From the NCBI RefSeq assembly GCF_000020385.1, contig NC_010814.1, forward strand, positions 480,001 through 512,000: a stretch of 32,000 bases of DNA. Reading direction: 5' to 3'. The DNA is from Trichlorobacter lovleyi SZ (lineage in GTDB: Bacteria; Desulfobacterota; Desulfuromonadia; Geobacterales; Pseudopelobacteraceae). Position numbers and translations under genes: made by a program. Each line of letters opens with the position of its first letter. The first letter of the stretch is position 1. The notes below the pieces were generated by a model. That model searched no databases. It was not told the DNA's origin and saw only the letters and a list, made by a program, of their open reading frames with translations. Shown one piece after another: positions 8,713-15,686 of the stretch.

Positions 8713-9878
8713 CAGAGCAGTACCGCCAGTTCTCCACCGATAATCACCGGGAAGATCTGCTTCTTGATGACGTTGATGCTGCGTTCCAGGGCATCCAGCG
8801 CCAGGCCGCGGTCATGCTCGTCAGCCCAGTGCAGGGCATCCAGCAGCATGGTGTGCGGGTAGCCCTGCTGGCGGATTTTTTTTACAAAGGCAGCCGGCAA
8901 CCGAGGTGGCAGTGCCACCTTGTTCATGGCGCCCCAGGCGATGGTCCAGGCCCTGGCGGTGTTCATCAGGTCATAGCCGCCCCCCCCCAGCGCCACCCAG
9001 GGGATCTGCAGGGCCTGCAGCTTGCGCATGATGTAGGCATAGCTGTGGGTGGTAATCTCCAGTCTGGTCAGCGGATCGGTGCGGAAGGCATCAGCCCCGA
9101 TCTGAGCCACGATAATATCCGGGTTAAAGGCCGCCAGCAGGGGGTAGACCACCTCATCGAAGGCCCGCATGTAGAGCGGATCATCGGTATGGGCCAGGAG
9201 CGGCAGGTTGACACTGTACCCCTGTCCGCGCTCGATGCCGGTCTCATCTTCAAAGCCGGTGCCGGGAAAGAAGTAGACCCCGCTTTCATGCAGTGAGATG
9301 GTCAGCACCTGATCATCCGCGTAGAACCCCTCCTGGACACCGTCACCGTGGTGGGCATCCAGATCAAGGTAGGCCACCCGGCGTCCCCGTTCCCGCAGCC
9401 AGTTGATGGCAATCACTGCATCATTCAGGTAGCAGAATCCTGAAGCCCTGGCAGGGTGGCCATGGTGCCAGCCGCCGGCCAGAGACAGTACGCTGTCAAA
9501 GCGCTCTTCCTCGATCAGGCGGCAGGCCTCCAGTGTGGCGCCTGCCCCCAGGGCGGCATAGTCGTAGAGCCCTTTGAAGACCGGACAATCAGCATCACCC
9601 AGGCCGAACATGAAGTCGGCCCGGGGGTCATCCGAGGCGCTGAACTCTTTCAGACGCTGCAGATAGGCCGGGGTATGAAAGCTGAGGATCTGCTTGTCGG
9701 TCACCGGAGTGCAGTCACGGCGTTCCATGCCGGGCAGGTCAAGCAGGCCATAGGCCTCCAGCAGCTCCAGTGCCAGGCCGTAACGGTGCAGCTGAAACGG
9801 GTGCTGACTGCCGTAGCTGAACTGTTCAAAACGGGATGAATAGACGAGGGCGGTACGTGGCACGGTGGGATCAGGCAA
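8712..9878 (-). CDS. Histone deacetylase-family (class I, AcuC-like) lysine/acetoin-utilisation deacetylase
   Basis: 388 aa. LAGGWHHGHPARASGFCYLNDAVIAI, AYLDLDAHHGDGVQEGFY and GGGGY catalytic motifs of Zn-dependent HDAC/AcuC enzymes. Confidence 0.93.
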   Translation of the reverse strand: MPDPTVPRTALVYSSRFEQFSYGSQHPFQLHRYGLALELLEAYGLLDLPGMERRDCTPVTDKQILSFHTPAYLQRLKEFSASDDPRADFMFGLGDADCPVFKGLYDYAALGAGATLEACRLIEEERFDSVLSLAGGWHHGHPARASGFCYLNDAVIAINWLRERGRRVAYLDLDAHHGDGVQEGFYADDQVLTISLHESGVYFFPGTGFEDETGIERGQGYSVNLPLLAHTDDPLYMRAFDEVVYPLLAAFNPDIIVAQIGADAFRTDPLTRLEITTHSYAYIMRKLQALQIPWVALGGGGYDLMNTARAWTIAWGAMNKVALPPRLPAAFVKKIRQQGYPHTMLLDALHWADEHDRGLALDALERSINVIKKQIFPVIIGGELAVLL

Positions 9879-10761
9879 AGGCTGAAATCAGCAGATCGGC
9901 GCGGGTTTGAGAAGAGCTGCTGCCTGATCTGGTTGCCGCCGGTTGAGTGGGGTTGCTGTTTTTATCCGTTGTCCGGTCGCTGCCTTGTACGGCAGGATTG
10001 CCGTAGGCCTGTTGAATCCGGGTGTCCGTGCCGTTGGGGGCGTTTGGAGCGGTCTTGTCGTCCTTGGCGGCGGTCGGGTCAGCAGCTTCCGCAGCGGCCT
10101 CTTGGGCAGGCTCCACCGGCTGGGTCGGGTCAGGTTTGGCTGTCGGACTTTCTGATTGCAGTTTCTGCTGCTGGGCCTCTGCCATCTGACTGGAGGCCTG
10201 GGCCGCCACGGCCCGATCCTGGCCTGAGGGATCAGCCGGTGCCAGGGCCGCCCGGATGACCTGCTGCATGCGGGAAATGGTTTCCTCGGGGGTCCGGCCG
10301 CTGGACATGTCAATCTGGACCTCGCCGCCGGTGATGTAGCTGCGGCCATCCGGCCCCTGGGTGTAACTATAGGAGGCGGAGCTGGCCAGGTTGCCGCCAA
10401 CCGCCTTGTGGGCCGCCTCGTGGGCCTTGACCTTTTCCTCGGTCTGCTTCAGACGGGAAATCTGCTGTTGAACCTGGGGATCATCGATGCTTTTGCCGTC
10501 AGCGGTGGTCTTTTCGCCTGGCTTGGGTTGCTTTTTGGTGCCGTTCTGCTCAGTTGCCCGGGGTTGGGACGCCTCTGTCTCTGAACTCCGTCCGGACAGG
10601 GTTACCTGATCCTCCGGCAGCCGGATATCCTCTGCCCGGACAGACGTGCCACTACGTCCGGCAGCGGTCTCAGACTGTCCGCTCTCCGTTGACCGGGCTC
10701 CTGTTGCCGGTACTGACGAGGTGTAACCGGCGCCGCTATTGATGATGCCGAGAGGGTCCAT
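9871..10761 (-). CDS. SprA-related / putative HExxH metalloprotease family protein (PF12118-like)
   Basis: Core KAHEAAHKAVGGNLASSASYSYTQGPDGRSYITGGEVQIDMS...RAALAPADPSGQDRAVAA matches my recollection of the SprA-related family. HEAAH lies at 10408-10422. The flanks are low-complexity (S/T/Q/A/P rich). The ORF is open to a TTG at 10800, but the first ATG is at 10761 and a TATAAT sits at 10802-10807. Confidence 0.75.
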   Translation of the reverse strand: MDPLGIINSGAGYTSSVPATGARSTESGQSETAAGRSGTSVRAEDIRLPEDQVTLSGRSSETEASQPRATEQNGTKKQPKPGEKTTADGKSIDDPQVQQQISRLKQTEEKVKAHEAAHKAVGGNLASSASYSYTQGPDGRSYITGGEVQIDMSSGRTPEETISRMQQVIRAALAPADPSGQDRAVAAQASSQMAEAQQQKLQSESPTAKPDPTQPVEPAQEAAAEAADPTAAKDDKTAPNAPNGTDTRIQQAYGNPAVQGSDRTTDKNSNPTQPAATRSGSSSSQTRADLLISAFA

Positions 10762-10801
10762 ACCCTGCCATCCCTGCCTGAAAGTGCTATCCCATACCAA
10801 A

Positions 10802-10831
10802 ATTATACAAAATCAGGTGGTAGTACTGCAA
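10802..10831 (-). promoter_or_regulatory. Putative sigma70-type promoter heading the long minus-strand cluster
   Basis: Minus strand: TTGCAG (complement of 10826-10831), 18 nt spacer, perfect TATAAT (complement of 10802-10807). Confidence 0.4.
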
Positions 10832-10884
10832 GAAACAATATGTTGCGTCATTCGGGCGGAGAAGACGGGTAGAGTAGCGGCGAT

Positions 10885-11781
10885 TCAGAGCCCTGCCCTG
10901 GCCAGCTCTTCCACCAGCTTTTTCTGACTGCTGTTCAGCCCTTCCGGCACATGCACGCTAATCTTGACGTACAGATCGCCCTTGGCATTGGAGCCAAGCG
11001 ACTTGATACCGCATCCTTTCAGGCGGATCTTGGTGCCGGGCTGGATGCCGGCCGGGACCTTGATCCTTTTGGGCTCTTCAAGGGTGGGCACTTCAAGGCT
11101 GACCCCCAGGCAGGCCTCGCTGAAGCGGATGGTGCGCTCCACAAACAGGTCGCCGCCGTCGCGGGTAAAGACCGGATCATTGGCCACCCGGATATCAAGA
11201 TAGAGATCGCCATTGGGGCCGCCGTTTTCTCCGTCGCTTCCCTTGCCGGCAATTCTGATCCTGCTGCCGTTGTCCACCCCGGCCGGAATCTTTACCTTCA
11301 GCTCCTCACGCTGGCCGTTACGGCGGAAGGCCACCAGCCGTTCGCCGCCGGTGGCTGCATCGCGGAATCCGACATCAACGGTCAGGGAAAGATCCCCCCC
11401 CTGACGGGGGCCTTTGCCAAAACCGCGTCCCCCACCCCGGCCAAAGGCACCGCCGAACAGGCGCGAGAAAATATCTTCGCCACCGCCCATGCCCATATCC
11501 TTGAAGGTGCCGGAGAAGTCAAAATTGCGGAAGATATCTTCCTGGCTGTACTGCTGATGGAAGTCAGAAGAACCGAAGGTGTCGTACTTTTTGCGTTTGT
11601 CAGGGTCGGAGAGGACGGCATAGGCCTCGTTGATCTCCTTGAACTTCTCCTCTGCCGCTGTATCGCCCTGGTTGCGGTCCGGGTGGTATTTGACCGCCAG
11701 TTTGCGGAATGCCTTCTTGATATCGTCAGCTGAGGCATCCTTGGCAACACCCAGTGCCTCGTAGTAGTCTTTCTGTGCCAT
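10885..11781 (-). CDS. cbpA: DnaJ-class co-chaperone lacking the zinc-finger (CbpA-like, curved-DNA-binding type)
   Basis: J-domain [33 protein letters not shown], a G/F-rich linker, no CxxCxGxG repeats, and a DnaJ C-terminal substrate domain. The ATG at 11781 is preceded by AAGGAG. The 29-codon extension in the ORF track (to 11868) reads into the IS end and is an artefact. Confidence 0.85.
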   Translation of the reverse strand: MAQKDYYEALGVAKDASADDIKKAFRKLAVKYHPDRNQGDTAAEEKFKEINEAYAVLSDPDKRKKYDTFGSSDFHQQYSQEDIFRNFDFSGTFKDMGMGGGEDIFSRLFGGAFGRGGGRGFGKGPRQGGDLSLTVDVGFRDAATGGERLVAFRRNGQREELKVKIPAGVDNGSRIRIAGKGSDGENGGPNGDLYLDIRVANDPVFTRDGGDLFVERTIRFSEACLGVSLEVPTLEEPKRIKVPAGIQPGTKIRLKGCGIKSLGSNAKGDLYVKISVHVPEGLNSSQKKLVEELARAGL

Positions 11782-11810
11782 TGTCACTGCTCCTTTCATC
11801 CATTTCCCAT

Positions 11811-11818
11811 AACAATTT
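11811..11818. repeat. Left copy of the 8-bp target-site duplication AACAATTT
   Basis: An identical octamer directly abuts the other IS end at 13221-13228. Confidence 0.85.
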
Positions 11819-13220
11819 GGCTCTTCAGCAGAATCTGTGGGTAGCCTCAGGTTCTGGCAGGTTGCCAAGTGTATGATACAAGGCGATTTTCATCACTTCA
11901 AAGTTTCTGAAACCGTATGCTTTACGTGAGGTCACTTTAGCCTTGTTGTTGAATCCTTCTACGGCCCCCAAGGCAACCTGCCCTTTGGTCCGAAACCAGT
12001 TGAGTAACAGCTCCCGATGCGAGCGCAGCATCTTGGCAATCTTCTTCATCGGGATGATGCGTGACCTCATGGTTCTTTTGCACCAAGCATCCAGAAATCT
12101 GGCAGCCCAGCCCGCAGTGGCATAGCGCCAGAAGAACTGGAACTCCTCTTTGAGGAGATAGGCCCGGACGGTTTTCAAGTTAATGGCCAGCAGTTCATTC
12201 AGCTTGATGCTCTGCTTCTCCGTCAGGTGTTCAGGCCGTTTGAGCAGGCACCAGCGGCTACCGGTCAGCACCGGTTCCTGGCCCTTGGCTTTCAGTTCTC
12301 TGGCTTCCGTTGCCCGGACCTTGTCGACAGCTTTGCCGAAGTGGGTCATGACATGGAACCGGTCAAGGATATGCATGGCTTGACCTGCAACCTCGGCGAC
12401 GATCCGCAGGTATGGCTTCCACATGTCGCTGCAGATGAACCGAAGGTGTGCTGTTCGCTCTTTGCCAAACTCCTTGAAGAACTGCCGCAACGTTTTCTGG
12501 GTCCGCTCCTTGCCGACCCACAGCAGGCGTTTGCATCCGGCATCGATCTGGTAAACCAGGGTCAGGTACTTGTGCCCCTTTTTCCAGGCAATCTCGTCGA
12601 TGCCGATGGCGGTTATGGTGTCGAGGTCGCGGTGGGCCAGTCCCCAGGCAACGGCCATTTTGACCGAGCGGAAGACGTTGTCCCAACTGGTCTGAAACAC
12701 TTGCCCCACTTCCTTCCACGACAACCGCCTGGCCCAGCGGGCCAGGAACCAGGCATAGGTGGTGGTCAGGTGGTTCTTGCCGGTGGCCCAGGGGACTTGT
12801 TCCACCTTCACACCGCAGGATGGGCAACTGACCCGGCGCATGGCGTAGAGGAAGAACACGGCAATGCCCCATAGCGGCACGAACTCAAACCGGCGCACAG
12901 GCAAGGTGTCATAGCCGGGACCAGGTTTGCCGCATCTGGAACAGACAGGCTGCCTGTTCTTGCGGGGGCGGATCTCAATGTCAAGGACCGTGCGCTGTCC
13001 CTTGTTTCGCTGGTGGACAGCGCCATACACAAAACCTTGATGCGGTTGAACGAAATTCAGTATAGACTTGAGCTGCATCCCGCTCTCCTTGTCTGTATTG
13101 GGTTTCTTGGTCGAAACACACAATGACAGATTTGTAGGCGGGATGCTCTATTTCGTTCACCAGGTAGCTGCTCAGACCATCTTCGGCAGGTCAGTTACCC
13201 ATAAATTCTGCGGAAGAACC
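11819..13220 (-). mobile_element. Complete ISL3-family insertion sequence (1402 bp)
   Basis: Single transposase ORF. Terminal imperfect inverted repeats GGCTCTTCAGCAGAATCTGTGGGTA (11819-11843) versus the reverse complement of 13196-13220, GGTTCTTCCGCAGAATTTATGGGTA (21/25 identical). The GGCTCTT-type terminus and 8-bp direct repeats are both typical of ISL3. Confidence 0.9.
11825..13078 (-). CDS. ISL3-family transposase
   Basis: N-terminal zinc-finger CSRCG...CPSCG, DDE region ([22 protein letters not shown]..., [18 protein letters not shown]). ATG at 13078 with an AAGGAGAG RBS. The upstream 15 codons in the ORF track are unlikely. The stop codon lies inside the left IR. Confidence 0.92.
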   Translation of the reverse strand: MQLKSILNFVQPHQGFVYGAVHQRNKGQRTVLDIEIRPRKNRQPVCSRCGKPGPGYDTLPVRRFEFVPLWGIAVFFLYAMRRVSCPSCGVKVEQVPWATGKNHLTTTYAWFLARWARRLSWKEVGQVFQTSWDNVFRSVKMAVAWGLAHRDLDTITAIGIDEIAWKKGHKYLTLVYQIDAGCKRLLWVGKERTQKTLRQFFKEFGKERTAHLRFICSDMWKPYLRIVAEVAGQAMHILDRFHVMTHFGKAVDKVRATEARELKAKGQEPVLTGSRWCLLKRPEHLTEKQSIKLNELLAINLKTVRAYLLKEEFQFFWRYATAGWAARFLDAWCKRTMRSRIIPMKKIAKMLRSHRELLLNWFRTKGQVALGAVEGFNNKAKVTSRKAYGFRNFEVMKIALYHTLGNLPEPEATHRFC

Positions 13221-13228
13221 AACAATTT
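13221..13228. repeat. Right copy of the 8-bp target-site duplication AACAATTT
   Basis: See 11811-11818. Confidence 0.85.
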
Positions 13229-13258
13229 AGGCAGCTTTTAGCCCGCTGTCAACGTTGC

Positions 13259-13287
13259 TTGACAGTCCGGGAGGTGCACCGTACTAT
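13259..13287 (+). promoter_or_regulatory. Putative sigma70-type promoter of hemY
   Basis: TTGACA (13259-13264), 17 nt spacer, TACTAT (13282-13287), about 30 nt upstream of the ATG at 13318. Confidence 0.45.
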
Positions 13288-13317
13288 CTATCGTTACCAC
13301 AGTGCGAGAGGAGTATC

Positions 13318-14721
13318 ATGAAAAAAGTACTGGTAATTGGCGGCGGCATATCCGGTCTTTCCACGGCCTGGCTGCTGAACAAGCGGGCCGGAGAGGCCGG
13401 GATAAGCCTTGATCTCTGTCTGCTTGAGCAGGAACAGCAGCCCGGCGGCAAGATCAAATCGGTTCGTGAGGATGGCTTCTTATGCGAATGGGGCCCCAAC
13501 GGGTTTCTGGACAGCAAGCCCCAGACCCTGGAACTCTGCGCTACTTTGGGGATAACCGATCGTCTGCACCGCAGTAATGATAATGCCCGCAAACGGTATA
13601 TCTTCACCGGTGGCGAGCTGCACCGCCTGCCGGAAAACGGTCCTTCCTTTCTGAAGAGCCGTCTGCTTTCCTGGCCCGGCAAGCTCAGGCTGCTGGGGGA
13701 ACCGTTTGCCGCCAACCCGCCGGGCAGTGACGAAAGTCTGGCGGCCTTTGGCCGTCGCCGTCTTGGTGCAGAGGCGCTGCAGAAACTGATTGCGCCGATG
13801 GCCTCCGGTATCTTTGCCGGTGACCCTGAAACCATGTCGCTGGTCTCCTGCTTTCCCCGCATTGCCGAGCTGGAGCGGGAATATGGCGGCCTGTTTGTGG
13901 CCATGCTGGCCCTGGCAAAGAAAAAGAAGCAGGAACGCAAAGAGGGCAAGATCAGCAGCTCAGCTGCCGGGCCGGGGGGGACCCTGACCTCATTTAAAGA
14001 GGGGATCCAGTTTCTGACCGATACCCTGGCAGCCCAACTGGGTGAGCAGGTCAGGACCGGGGTTGCGGTTGCTTCGGTTACCAGATCAGGTGACGGCTGG
14101 GAGGTCAGAACCACAGGGGGAGAAACCCTGCAGGCTGATCTGGTGATCTCGGCAGCGCCGGCCTTTGCTGCTGCCGGCATGCTGGAGGGGGTTGATACTG
14201 CCCTGGTTGATACCCTGCGCCAGATCCTCTATTCCACTCTGAATGTGGTCTGCTGCGGTTTCAAAACCGAAGGTCTGGGGCATCCGCTGGACGGCTTTGG
14301 TTATCTGGTGCCCAAGGAGGAAGGGCGTACCGTACTGGGTACCCTCTGGGATTCAAGCATGTTTGAAGAGCGGGCGCCGGATGGCATGGCGCTTTTGCGC
14401 AGCATGGCCGGTGGAGCCTGCCGCCCTGAATTGATGGAGCTGCCGGAGTCTGAGCTGCTGCAGCGGGTGCGGGATGACCTGCAGGCCGCCATGGGGATCA
14501 GCCAGCCCCCCTGTTTCAGCCGGATCATCCGCCATCAACAGGCAATACCACAGTACACGATAGGGCATGGCAAACGGCTGGAGGCGATTGAAGGGCGCCT
14601 GTCCAGTCTGCCCGGTCTGCTGCTGACCGGCAACGCCTTTAAAGGAGTCGGACTCAACGACTGCGTAGCGGCCTCGCAGGCCACCGTGGAGCGGGCAATG
14701 GCATATCTCGAGAGGGTATAA
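13318..14721 (+). CDS. hemY: Protoporphyrinogen/coproporphyrinogen III oxidase, HemY (FAD, oxygen-dependent) family
   Basis: MKKVLVIGGGISGLSTAW dinucleotide-binding start, overall HemY/PPOX layout, C-terminal LLLTGNAFKGVGLNDC. ATG at 13318 with a GAGAGGAG RBS. The TTG at 13255 in the track falls on the promoter. Confidence 0.92.
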   Translation: MKKVLVIGGGISGLSTAWLLNKRAGEAGISLDLCLLEQEQQPGGKIKSVREDGFLCEWGPNGFLDSKPQTLELCATLGITDRLHRSNDNARKRYIFTGGELHRLPENGPSFLKSRLLSWPGKLRLLGEPFAANPPGSDESLAAFGRRRLGAEALQKLIAPMASGIFAGDPETMSLVSCFPRIAELEREYGGLFVAMLALAKKKKQERKEGKISSSAAGPGGTLTSFKEGIQFLTDTLAAQLGEQVRTGVAVASVTRSGDGWEVRTTGGETLQADLVISAAPAFAAAGMLEGVDTALVDTLRQILYSTLNVVCCGFKTEGLGHPLDGFGYLVPKEEGRTVLGTLWDSSMFEERAPDGMALLRSMAGGACRPELMELPESELLQRVRDDLQAAMGISQPPCFSRIIRHQQAIPQYTIGHGKRLEAIEGRLSSLPGLLLTGNAFKGVGLNDCVAASQATVERAMAYLERV

Positions 14722-14723
14722 CC

Positions 14724-14978
14724 ATGAAGATCCGAAAAAAACTGTTCGCCGATTTTGAGTATGAAGAGGTGCTGGATACCAAGACCCGCGAACTGATCCG
14801 GGTCGGCTGCGCCGTGGCAGTGGGGTGCCCCACCTGACTGAAGAAACACTTCGCCCTGGCGAAGGAAGCCGGCGCCGGGAGCGCCGAACTGAAGGAAGCC
14901 ATGGCCTACGGGGTGATCGCTCCGGCCGGCAGGGCCAAGAATTTTGCACTGGAGCTGTTGGAAGAATTGGAAAAGTAA
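14724..14978 (+). CDS. AhpD/carboxymuconolactone-decarboxylase-family small redox protein with in-frame UGA (predicted selenocysteine U38)
   Basis: Read-through translation: MKIRKKLFADFEYEEVLDTKTRELIRVGCAVAVGCPT-U-LKKHFALAKEAGAGSAELKEAMAYGVIAPAGRAKNFALELLEELEK. TGA at 14835-14837 falls on the second Cys of the CxxCxxxH motif. GAGAGGG RBS at 14710-14716. The ATG is 2 nt after the hemY stop. Stem-loops lie 12 and 33 nt downstream of the UGA. Confidence 0.75.
14838..14886 (+). promoter_or_regulatory. Candidate bacterial SECIS region (two stem-loops downstream of UGA)
   Basis: Hairpin A: CUUCGC/GCGAAG, 14849-14864, loop CCUG. Hairpin B: CGGCGC/GCGCCG, 14870-14886, loop CGGGA. Folded by eye only. 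Confidence 0.4.
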
Positions 14979-14997
14979 AACGTCGCAGTAGTTTTAC
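14975..14997. terminator. Weak AT-rich hairpin spanning both stop codons of the convergent selenoprotein and radC genes
   Basis: GTAAAAC (14975-14981) pairs with GTTTTAC (14991-14997), 9-nt loop. It is the only structure available in the 15-nt gap. Confidence 0.3.
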
Positions 14998-15686
14998 AGC
15001 AGTCCTGATTCTACGAAGCTGAAGTAGGCACCATCCCCGATGATGATATGATCCAGTACCTTGATCCCCAGGATCTCACCGGCCTCGTTCAGGCGGCGGG
15101 TGATCTCGTGGTCCTCCCGGCTGGGGGCCGGATCGCCGGAGGGATGGTTGTGGATGAAGATCACGGCAGCGGCCGATTCCCGCACTGCCGGGGCAAAGAC
15201 CTCCCGCGGATGGACGATGGATTGATTCAGGCTGCCTTCTGATACCTGTACCTTGCGGGTGATCCGGTTCTTACCGTCCAACAGCAGGGTCAGAAACAGT
15301 TCTTTACGGTTATCCCGCAGCTCATGGTGGAAAAAGTCAAAGACCTGGGCCGGTGAGGTAAACCGTTCCAGGGTCTCCAAGCGCCGGGCCTGAAAACGCT
15401 TCCCCAGCGTAAAGGCTGCCTTGATTGAGGCAGCCTTGGCCAAGCCCAGTCCCTTGATCTGTTGCAGTTCATTCAGTTCAGCCTGGGCCAGCTCCCGCAG
15501 GTTGCCGTCAAACCGTTCCAGCAGTTCCCGTCCCAGATCAATGGCACTTTTGCCTGCTGCAGCATCGCCGGTACGCAGTACCAGGGCCAGCAGCTCTGCA
15601 TCGGACAGGGCTGCAGCGCCACGTTTGAGCAGCTTTTCCCGTGGCCGTTCATCTTCCGGCCAGTCTTTGATGGCATTGTTGCTCAT
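14994..15686 (-). CDS. radC: RadC-family (JAB/MPN domain, UPF0758) protein
   Basis: 230 aa. ERPREKLLKRGAAALSDAELLALVLRTG helix-hairpin-helix start and HNHPSGDPAPSREDHEITRRL JAMM motif. Confidence 0.93.
   Translation of the reverse strand: MSNNAIKDWPEDERPREKLLKRGAAALSDAELLALVLRTGDAAAGKSAIDLGRELLERFDGNLRELAQAELNELQQIKGLGLAKAASIKAAFTLGKRFQARRLETLERFTSPAQVFDFFHHELRDNRKELFLTLLLDGKNRITRKVQVSEGSLNQSIVHPREVFAPAVRESAAAVIFIHNHPSGDPAPSREDHEITRRLNEAGEILGIKVLDHIIIGDGAYFSFVESGLL

Noticed and set aside
8980-8988. C9/G9 homopolymer inside the deacetylase gene (and a G8 run at 1566-1573 in the tlpA-like gene)
   Set aside because: Both encode Gly runs. The one at 8980-8988 encodes the conserved catalytic GGGGY motif. 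The length is borderline for slipped-strand phase variation, and there is no frameshifted remnant or other evidence.
11782-11868. N-terminal extension of the DnaJ-like ORF (track start 11868)
   Set aside because: The extension runs through the target duplication into the IS inverted repeat and the transposase stop. The ATG at 11781 has a strong AAGGAG RBS and begins the J-domain.
13079-13123. 15-codon N-terminal extension of the transposase ORF
   Set aside because: The ATG at 13078 is preceded by AAGGAGAG, and ISL3 transposases typically begin near the MQLK.. region. The extension has no RBS.
14825-15022. 65-aa plus-strand ORF overlapping the selenoprotein gene and the radC 3' end
   Set aside because: It is in a different frame from the AhpD-like reading frame. 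The product is Arg/Gly-rich and featureless, and it overlaps the radC coding end.
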